Assembly: GCA_051362555.1 (NCBI GenBank)
Contig: CM120646.1
Span: forward strand, 7,316,001 to 7,380,000
Direction: 5' to 3'
DNA length: 64,000 bases
From: Lingula anatina
Lineage: Eukaryota > Animalia > Brachiopoda
Made by a program: the position numbers and the translations under genes. This document shows, piece after piece, positions 12,878-22,383 of this stretch (positions are counted from its first letter, which is position 1; each line of letters begins with the position of its first letter). A model generated the notes under the pieces. The model searched no databases. It had not been told where the DNA came from and saw only the letters and a list, made by a program, of their open reading frames with translations.

Positions 12878-13844
12878 CTTGAATTTCCCCTTTATAAGTG
12901 TACGCAGACAATATTCTTCTGCTTTATGTGCTGATAACACTTTTGGCTTTATTTATGTAAAACGCCCCATGGCTTATTCACATGACAGGCTAAGAACCGG
13001 ATCGGTTGCATCGTCAGGTGATCTTCTTTTTTTACTTGTTACAGAGCTAGAGTGCAATTCCTCTTTTGTTATCATAATAAAACGCGGGCGATTGATTTCG
13101 TCGCACCTTTAAACTTGTTTTGACTATTTACGTAATCAACTAATATCACAAAAAAACATGAAACGATATTTAAATTGTGCTGACAATGATAGATCAAACC
13201 TGTAAAACCTGTTCCCGAAAAAAGTATACTGCTTAAACAAGTTTGACTTGAGGAAGCATGCGACAAATACATAGTCAGAAGTAGAACCAGGGAGAGGCAG
13301 GTGTCTCGATTTTTCTCTAAGCCCCAAGATACCCTTTTATACCCCACTGCCTTTAAAAACAGTGCAAAAATCGAAATATGAAAAAACCAAGCTACCTCTT
13401 TGCTCTGCATTTTATAGTAAAATACCCTTCGTCCACTTTTTTTTATATTAAACAGTGTAAAATCGCATACCCCATTTTCCCTCAAGTCCTGAAGATTTCT
13501 AGGTATAAGGACACCGGGATCGAATCAAAACACCGGATAGATTTTCATTTTTATGGTCTTTCAATATTCATTTTTGCTCGATTGATATCTAAATTTATGA
13601 TAAACTTCTCTTTCCTTTAAAGGTCAATATGGTCTCTTACTGCTGCGAGCAATCCACCAATTTTATCGCGTTTTAGAAAGTCTCCATTATTGCTGAGTTT
13701 AAATTTCTCTTATAACCCGTTTTTTTTTAACCACACACCTAAACACACACCTATTACGAGATCTATTTTTGGATTTAGTTCGGTTCGTGTTATACAGCTT
13801 CGAAAACTCGATTAGTGTTTTTTCTTCTAAATGAAACGTCGCTA

Positions 13845-14770
13845 CTGGGCAGTGTCACATGTACACGAAGATTGATTTTGATCTTTCACTACTTGTTTTT
13901 GGGATGCCCCAAGGCAGTGTCCTTGGGCCATTTTTGTTTTGCATTTATACCCTGCCACTTGGTGCTGTCTTACGTCATCACAAACTTGGATACCCCATGT
14001 ACGCTGTTTATACTCGGATCTATAGGCCTACTTGCTGTGATATACAGTATCCTAAACCCTCTTTGGATAAATTAACCAACTGTGTGGCTGATGTTCGCGC
14101 CTGGCTCATCAACAACAAATTGAAACTAGAAAAGCATTCAGAAAGCGCAGACCTCCGCCAAGGTAGCAAAGTATCCATCCAATGCCGTTTCACCCCTATG
14201 ATTTTCGATATTTATGATTATTGATTATTGATTGATTATTGATCCAGATCACCACCAAAAACTAATCATCTGTTCCTTGGCCCACTTCGGACATTTCCTG
14301 AAAATTTCATCAAAATCAGTCCATAACTTTATTTTTTGATTATTGATTATTGATTGATTATTGATCCGGATCACGACCAAAAACTAATCATCTCTTCCTT
14401 GGCCCACTTCTGACAGTTTCTGAAAACTTCATCAAAATCGGTTCACAACTTTATGAGTTATGTTGATGACAGACAGACAGAAAGACAAACAGAAACAGGG
14501 GTGAAAACATAACCTCCTTGCCGGAGGTAACAATTAAACTGCAGCAAATTCAGAATATTTCATCCCGTCTTTAATCCGCACAGCCAGGGAGACTCATATC
14601 ACACCCATTTTAAAGCAGTTGCATTGGATCCCTGTTAGAGCATGCATTTTATTATTTTTTTAAAACTTTTATGCATGCAATGTTCTACCAATACGCACAC
14701 CCGTACCTACAAAAACTAGTTCATTATTATGCAACAAAATGTAGTTTAAGATCGCTTGACCAATTTGAGC
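13845..14770 (+). mobile_element. Decayed CR1/L2-like LINE reverse transcriptase fragment (duplicated with the Kunitz unit), interrupted by a HINE
   Basis: FGMPQGSVLGPFLFCIYTLPLG...MYA...WLINNKLKL, then HITPILKQLHW. Homologous to 24780-25630. Confidence 0.8.
14126..14530 (-). mobile_element. Non-autonomous Helentron/HINE-type rolling-circle element
   Basis: Sub-terminal inverted repeats ACCTCCGCCAAGG (14151-14163) and CCTTGCCGGAGGT (14516-14528), a short terminal hairpin with CTAG end, two ~122-bp internal core repeats (GATCCGGATCACCACCAAAA...) and a (GACA)n tract. Confidence 0.75.
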
Positions 14771-14873
14771 TCATGCCATTTGATGCCAGAACTGGAAAAC
14801 AATTAGAGACCTTTCATTTACCCAATCACTCTTTTAAGCAGCATTTATTTGTCGTATTGACATGGTGATATTA

Positions 14874-15136
14874 CAGTGGCTGATTTAGAGGGGGGTGGCA
14901 TGGGAGGGGTCCTGGCCCACATCCCTTCGATTTCTGGTCCCCTCTTGAAATTAGTATTTTGACTAGCTAAATCATAGTACTAAACCGTACCAAATGGCAC
15001 CGTTCGCCCTCTAAAGTGCTAAAAATTTTTTCGGGGTCCTTCAGCGGGCCCCGAACCCACGCCAAATGGGGAGGGGGGGGGGGGCTTTGCAACTGCAGAC
15101 CCCCCCCCCCTTCAAGTAGTCCGTGATCCGCCCCTA
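14874..15136. mobile_element. MITE with CAGTGGC(G)GAT/ATCCGCCCCT TIRs and 5-bp TSD (TATTA)
   Basis: TATTA flanks both ends (14869-14873 and 15137-15141). An inverted relative lies at ~55050-55269. Confidence 0.7.
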
Positions 15137-15189
15137 TATTATATGTGTCATTTCCAAACTAAACTGTTGACTCAAAGACTTTGTATTTT

Positions 15190-16628
15190 ATTTTCAGATC
15201 ATGCAGAAAAATATAAATAAATCTAAAAAAGGTAAAGTATAATGAAGAGTCAATAAAGCACGGCATACAACAATACAGATCCACCACTGATGGATATAGA
15301 AAAACTGCATGAAAATTTGACATTCCATGTTCAACATTACGAGATTATATTAAGAAAGTGCCTGAGTGGGAGTGCTTTTACTAAAGGAAATTATGAAAGT
15401 GAAGATGAATGTGTTTGCTTAGACCCCATTCCCAGAGATAAGATCGATCCAACTAGATCGACCTAACTCCCTGGGGGTTCACGCTAAATAGCTGTCAGCC
15501 GAGCGCGCACGGTAGTTAATTACCCCCTTACAGCTTTTAGTAGGCGGGACGGACATTTAAGCCGGATTATCTGACAGTAATCTAGTGAGACTCCCCACCG
15601 GGACAGATCGATCTAAAATCTATGGGAATGCGCCCTTAGTTTGCCTGGAGCCCTGGTCAAACAGTAAAACACATGAAAAGTGGATTGCATTTTGTGCATA
15701 TGATATGTGGGCCCACGAGGAGTGTACGGACTCTCTTGGCCAGCCTGACTTTACGTACGTTTGTCACAACAGTAACTCTGATTAATGTAGATGATTTGTT
15801 GTTGATAATTTAATAAACATTTTGATATTTTGGTTACAACTGCTGTGTTTTCATTGGTGCTGTCGTCTTTAACATAAGTTTTATTTTTGAAAAGTTACCC
15901 TAGGCAAACAATAGTTAGGAGTCGTTAAAGATTGACTGCTTAAAAGGATAACAACTGTTCATTTTGGTAAAAAAAAGGAATTTTCCTGGGGTAAACAGCA
16001 ATTTCCCATACTTACCGATGGTTAATGAATTCATTTCTACATTCAAAGTTAGTCCCTTTTTTATAATTTTTTTTTTTTTTTTGTAATAACATCTTAAGAC
16101 ATTACTATAGACTAAGATCTAATAAACAGTATATTAGATCTTAGCTATAGAGTATAGCCATCTATGGAGGTCACGTGGTTGAATGACAAGCACAGATTTC
16201 AGATTTACTGTCATAACTGTCATTTTTGTAGTGAAATAGATATATTATAGTTATTTGAGTTGTTTACAATGTATTAATTGTGAAATATAGATATCATACG
16301 AAGAGTTGTTTTCCTTTTTGCTGCTGTTACTCGGTCTTACTGATTAAAATGCACAAAATTGGACAAAAGCACATTTTTTTCTTGGATTCTAGTATGTGTG
16401 TGGACTTGCCCCTGGGTGGGGCAAGTTGGCACACTTGGACTAGACTTTTTTAAACTTAATTTACTCTCATATAATTTACAGTGGACGCCTGATACTTATC
16501 CAAAATAAAGGCATTTAAATAACCCTCCTGACAAATATCTAGGATCCTGACGATAATAGTATATATATATATATGTCTCTCATGCCAATTTTCATGAAAA
16601 TGGTGCTGACTAGCCCCACCCTCCCCTA
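15190..16628 (+). mobile_element. Internally deleted pogo/Tigger-like DNA transposon remnant (HTH-psq + C-terminal PHD finger)
   Basis: ...GYRKTA*KFDIPCSTLRDYIKK (psq-type HTH) is joined to C-x2-C...WI-x-C..WAHEEC...YVC (PHD). A TIR-like end GCCCCACCCTCCCCTA lies at ~16613-16628. Confidence 0.55.
15422..15635. mobile_element. PIF/Harbinger-like MITE (TTA TSD) inserted in the PHD-finger codons
   Basis: TTA|GACCCCATTCCCAGAGAT...ATCTATGGGAATGCGCCC|TTA. Removing it restores ECVCLVCLEPW. Confidence 0.7.
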
Positions 16629-17761
16629 TTATTATTTATTATGAGTGCTCCAGCACAACGTACAGTGGAAAAAGTGTAAATTTCAGTAAATGCATGTAGG
16701 AGTTCTCAATGCTGATAATTTCTCACATGTACTAGTAAGTTCTCTTCAATTTGCTTTAAACCTATACCTTAACCGTTAAATACTATCCTGCAGAGTTTAT
16801 TTTTCATCTGTAACATGCTACCTACATGTTCTCGTATAAAACATAAGCCATGGACCCCCAGTACTGATCTGAGCTAGGGCAGGAAAGTTCATTCTGATGT
16901 TTAGATTTCAGGCCCGTATCCGGGGGGGGGGGAGGGGGGGGGGGAAAGGAAAAGGTCCGAAAGACGGAAAAGGTCCCCTCTGGTTAAAATTTCATCTAGA
17001 GACATGAAAGTTTCATGGTAAGAGGTCCACTTTTTCAGAAAAAGTACCACCCTTTTGAAATTGCTGGCTACAGGCCTGGATTTGCTATGCTTTTTGCAGT
17101 CGATAACGATTAAAAGTGTTCAGGGGGTCCTATGTAGATAACATCTAAGACCAAATATTAAGTTATGCCTGAGAGCTCTGAGGCTGCGACACCGCCAGAG
17201 GTAAAAGAACTGACGGAGGTACTACCAAGAAAACCCATGTTAGAAAAAGATGGCCGATGAGCTGGAGACAGGGGTGTGCTAGCTCGCAAAAGTTACCGCC
17301 AGTCAAGGGATGTATGGGGTGACAGAACGATCGGGGTGAGTTACGATGACATGAATAGACCGTGCACCGATATGCGTGCCTGATTTTGAAAACTGTGTAA
17401 CAAAGGTGCTTTTTTTACGTCTTTCGTATATATAACATTCCAAGTACAGATTGAACTAAGCATGAGTAACTGTATTGTTCATGAACAAAGGTAAATGGAA
17501 GTGAAATATTGCGTAACACTATAAGTGCCCTGATCAGTGAACACCAGTGAATTTCTGCCTCATTATCCATCCTACCTGCACTATTAATGTGTACAGTGTA
17601 TGGTTCATCGCCCCATGATGAATGGAACTAAAGAAACAAATGAGCGTAATGACTCGAAAACATCTCAGTCAACGAAAACACTTCACTCGGAACTCTCAAA
17701 CTCCAGTGACGATGAATCTCAATTCATTATGCAAGATGTAGTGCCAGGGGCAGGTAGAACC

Positions 17762-17835
17762 GGCCGGGTAGCTCAGTAGGTAAGAGCACTCGCCCTGTAA
17801 GCGAGGGGTCCCGGGTTCGATTCCTGGCCTGTTCG
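17762..17835 (+). ncRNA. tRNA-like sequence (anticodon TGT, Thr-like) within the 5' LTR
   Basis: Cloverleaf with D-arm GCTC/GAGC, anticodon arm CTCGC-CCTGTAA-GCGAG and T-arm CCGGG-TTCGATT-CCTGG. A box TAGCTCAGTAGG, B box GGTTCGATTCC, and a T5 run just downstream. The acceptor stem is imperfect. Confidence 0.75.
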
Positions 17836-17952
17836 GTGATTTTTCTGCACTCACCCCAAATCGCTACAATGGTGGCAGCGGTGTTGCGAGATAGGGCTCG
17901 CGTCTTTCGGCATTTGGGGGGGAGGAGTGTAGTGCCAGGGGCAGGTAGAACC

Positions 17953-18026
17953 GGCCGGGTAGCTCAGTAGGTAAGAGCACTCGCCCTGTAAGCGAGGGGT
18001 CCCGGGTTCGATTCCTGGTCTGGCTG
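17953..18026 (+). ncRNA. tRNA-like sequence (anticodon TGT) within the 3' LTR
   Basis: Same cloverleaf as 17762-17835; the acceptor stem GGCCGGG/TCTGGCT pairs fully with G-U wobbles. Confidence 0.75.
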
Positions 18027-18910
18027 GTGATTTTTCTGCACTCACCCCAAATCGCTACAAAGAAATGCTAGAAATTAAAACTGAATTAAAACAAATAATA
18101 AAAGATGAGGTGGGCGAAATAAAAGCTATGGTAGACGTAATGGTTAAAGATTTGAAAGAAGCCATGGAAAAGCGGTTTTTAGAAATGGAAATGAAATTCG
18201 ACGTGAGATTCGGAAGACTGAAAGAGGGATATGATCACCTGTCAACTGAAAACAAATTATTGAAAGAGCAGATTATGGACAATAAAAGAGAAATTACAAG
18301 GTTAGCAAAAATAGCAGAGGAAGCTGGCAACATGTCCAGAGAAGCTCAAATCAATGCTAACTATAATGAGCAATACTCCCGGAAAAACAACATCAAGATC
18401 TACGAAGTGAAAGAGGAGAAAAATGAAGACATGGTCGGCATGGTGTCCAAACTGGTACAATAGGAAACTGGTGTACGGGTGACCAGTGAAGAGATCGTTG
18501 CCGTGCACAGGATACCTGGAAAGCGAGGACAGGAAAGACCAATATTACTGAAAGTTAAGAACACTGATGTGAAAGCACGGATTATGAAAAAGCGTGCAGT
18601 ACTCAGGAAATAGGGAAAGAATATGAAACTTTCAGACGATGTAACCAAACGTAACATTGAGCTTTTACACAGACTAAATGAGAGTCAGCTAACATATAAT
18701 CTCGTTAATGCTCATACATGTAACGAAAAATAACAATTATACAAATAAATCCCAATACAGACTTCGAAATGCATAAAAGGGTAACATTTAGATATATCTG
18801 AAATAAAAAACTGAACAACCTTTAAACTACGTCATCGCATTTTTCTATCGGATAGACGTAAAACTATTTAAGTTCAGAGTGTATAGTCGGTCTGCAGTGT
18901 CAATTTGTCC

Positions 18911-21900
18911 TTACACGAGGCATTTAGCTTCACAGTCTTCCAAAGTTCTAAAAAATGGAATATTTCCTTGACATCCCTTATAGATAAACAGCTCACACTG
19001 CCTTGTCGCGACGTGGAAGAAGTACATAAGGAGGTGTAATCCACAGTCCAGGGCTATAGGTTGAATCAGGCAGATTGCTAAAAAAAATTAAATGGGAAAT
19101 TGAAATGGTGATTTATAGCTATGCAAAACAATAGAAAAAAGTCTGAATTGCCAGTCGCATTTTTTATGAATACCGATAACAATTTTGTCCGGAGCGCCAA
19201 TTACCGAATACCGATAACAATTTTGTCCGGAGCGCCATCTACTTACATAATTCACTATAACCTATACAATGTCATTCGTGAATAATACAACGCCCTTGGA
19301 CGTTATTATAAGTTAATATATCAAAACTTCAAAGAATTAAGCATCTGCTGGTGCACGAACTACTGTTAAGGTCGGGGAACACCCGACATTACGCAATTAC
19401 GTTAATGTTCATACACGTAACTAAAAACAATAATTACACAAATGCATTACAGGGTAACAATCAGATATATCTGAAATATAAAGCTGAACAATCTTAAAAC
19501 TATGTCATCGTAAATCGTAATAAACTGTTGTTTCCGCAATTATTTTGATATGGCATACCCATGTAATGAAGGGATGATTGTTAACTTTTTTCTTGTTATT
19601 ATTATTATTATCATTATTATTAATTGTGGTACACAAATGTCTAAAACGTCTTTATTTAAATGTACTTAGGATGGACGAGAACCGAGTACCAAAGGTAGAT
19701 TTGAGATGGACACCACCTGGAAAAAAGAAAGAGAGGAAGGCCCAAGACCACCTGGCGCCGAACAGTGATGGCAGAGCTGAGGGAGGGGGACCTTATATGG
19801 GGACAGGCCCAGCACGTATCCAGAGACAGGGCCAAAGTATTGGGGCTTCGCAAGCAGATTGTCTCTCATCCTTGTTCGACCTAGTTTGGCAATTTGGACA
19901 TGAAAACTTAACCTAATGAGACTGTGCCGTTCTGTTATATACAGAAACACATTATATGCACGTACTTGTTAAAGAATATACCACCATAATATCACGCACT
20001 ATGAAATTTAATTGTGATTGTGATAAAGTCTGCATGTACAATGAAACAAAAGCAGTATGACCAGCACTTCTGTTACTCCCATAAAATAACTGTCGCCCCA
20101 TGAAGCAGAAACAATTTTCAAATTGTCTGATTTTTTTTTTCGAATTTAATATAATGAAGTGATGGAAGATGTGGTGTATTAAGAAAATGGAGACAATTAC
20201 TTACGATCAATGCGTTGATCGGGCTGTGGACATGGCTCCTTTTCACAAATGACTTTGTCCTGAACGTACGTTTCTCCTTTAGGACAGTCCATCGTCTAAA
20301 AGTAAAAAATGAAACACCACTGAAAACCAGTTTTCTTCCAAGGTTTTCATAAACAGAAACGAAAATTTAGCAAACATTTTGACGATCAGTTTATTCCGTA
20401 CATTCGTATAAGTAACGCCACCTACCGAACAGTCGGCCTTCTCAACTGCAACGCAGCGTGCACCGAGGGCTGTCTCAACGCATTTAGAGCCGACAGGACA
20501 TGTTACAACCTGCAGTCAGTTTAAAGATTGAACTGATTTATAAACCAATATATTTATTTAAACAGTTCATATTTTAATATTATAAAAATTAATTAATTTT
20601 GAGGAAAACAGATAGATATTGAATCTTACGAAACATTTCAGAAGTAAACAAGCAGCTGTTCTGATAATTTAATGTTTATTTGAAAAGAAGAATGCATAAG
20701 AGTTTATATTCTAGCATTTTTCGTTGTCTCTAAAGTAAAAGTCCATATATTTCCTAAATGAGAAATTTGTAGTTATTATTAAAGAAAACGCAAATCTTTT
20801 CACCTGACATGTTAAAACACATCTTGGAAATGGATAGGGGACGCATCTCTGGCCAGGAGGGCAGGGTACACCAAACTGGGTATAGGAATACAGATGCTTA
20901 TTATATGTTCGGTGCACATTTTGTAGCCAATGAATACAAATGCCAGCATAATTAATTAAGTTTTCTACTTGTTTTATGTATCTTTATTTCGTATAACAAA
21001 ATCCCAGACCGGTGTGACAGGAATGGTAGTCGGCTAGGAACCATAATTAGGTCCCCGTCACTTTGTGCAGGTGACATTCGTCTTATATATATATATATAG
21101 CCCCAATACTAGGACCAAATGTAACCATAAACTGGGCTAATCATATGAGATCCTGGACTTCCATTCCTAGGACTACTACCATTCCTGTCACCGGTTTAAG
21201 CAAGAATCTGGTTCTCGTTTCGATGACATTGGCGTGGTCTCAAGAATAGTGTGGTACACTTCCACAATAAAAAGAGTTCAGATTTGGCCTAGATTATACC
21301 AGAGGTAAAACTAAGGAATAATTATAAAAGATACCATCAACATTTAAGGTAATTATCCCAACAATGACGAAAAAAGCAAATAATTCGGAAACTCATCAAG
21401 AAGTGTAACAGACTTTTTGGACAAGAGTGTTTGTAGAAACAAAAAGCGACCAAGATATTGACAGCTACTGCACTGAGATAAAATGTGCCACTAGACCAAA
21501 TAAATACACTGAAACGGATGGCATTTTAACATTCTTGCTCTATGTCAAGTTGACTTGGAAATCAAACCAACCACACCAAATATACATGTAGTCTACCATT
21601 TACGGTCAAATGCTTCAGCTAAGGCACTACACAGCCAAGCGTACGAATAGCTCATGGACACAAAAATTCACACAAACAAAAAATATCGAACAAGCACTTG
21701 TTTATACTTACACAACTACGAGGCAGTACCTGTATAGAAAAAACAAGAACAACGTAAGTGTGTGTTATAACGATAACAATTGACAATAGGAGCTCACTCG
21801 ATAAATTCAGCTGACGTGTTTCGATCTTGATGTTGTTATCGACATTCGGTGTTTAAGACACAAAATTAATTTTCCTGGAAAATACATATTATGGTATACT

Positions 21901-22345
21901 GGTAAAATTCATTTACTTGAGAATGGCTGGTTGTTTCTTATCGATGCTCAATTTTGGGTTTGATTGTCTCCTATATTCTCGGAGATGTCATCACTTCTCA
22001 ATTAAACTTCAAGCAATACATGTACACTTAAATTTGTGTTGAGTTCACTCCCGTAACAATGGAGATAAAAACTGGTGCATTTCACTTGTGACGACAACAA
22101 CTAGAGATTCGGTAACTGGTTTATGGATCGAAATTTTCTCAACGATTTTATTTTGGATAGGATATACTTTGGTGAGACAAAGGAAATTTTGCTCTAATTA
22201 ACACACTAGTTTTCATTTTGCTTAATGACCAGCAAGTTTGTTGTTAGGAAACCAATTTGCTTTTTGTATTACTTACAAATACTTTTTAACATCACTCTCT
22301 CAAGCCACCAAACCATCTACCCCTCCAAAGGCACAATTTTAAAGC

Positions 22346-22383
<38 letters not shown>

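Larger units (their letters stand above)
17737..18059 (+). mobile_element. TRIM (miniature non-autonomous LTR retrotransposon) with tRNA-derived LTRs (Helenus-like)
   Basis: Two 132-bp direct repeats (17737-17868, 17928-18059) with TGTAG...CTACA ends; PBS TGGTGGCAGCGGTG at 17870-17883, complementary to the tRNA-Leu 3' end including CCA; PPT GGGGGGGAGGAG at 17916-17927; 4-bp TSD AAGA (17733-17736 and 18060-18063). Confidence 0.92.
17241..18690 (+). mobile_element. 5' part of a non-LTR retrotransposon (5' UTR + ORF1 coiled-coil/RRM, transposase-22-like), with stops, interrupted by the TRIM
   Basis: Coiled coil, then EQYSRKNNIKIY...VHRIPGK...RPILLKV...KLSDDVTKRN, the typical LINE ORF1 RRM/CTD pattern. 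The frame continues across the TRIM insertion (SQFIMQE|MLEIK). In-frame TAGs are present. Confidence 0.75.

Noticed and set aside
12879-12890. kappaB-like GGGGAAATTC in the 5' UTR of Kunitz copy B as immune regulation
   Set aside because: It is not conserved as a good site in copies A and C, and a short motif like this is expected by chance.
13072-13485. 137-aa ORF and neighbouring 100-aa ORFs (12795-13112, 23527-23832)
   Set aside because: They overlap the promoter or the antisense strand of exon 1, have no domain signal, and their frames are not preserved between paralogous units.
17762-18026. Two functional tRNA-Thr(TGT) genes
   Set aside because: Both are embedded in LTRs with PBS, PPT and TSD. 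They have C instead of the invariant U33 and weak acceptor stems, so they are treated as TE-borne tRNA-like sequences.
18065-18463. 132-aa coiled-coil ORF as a host gene
   Set aside because: It is the middle of a LINE ORF1 bounded by the TRIM insertion and a premature TAG.
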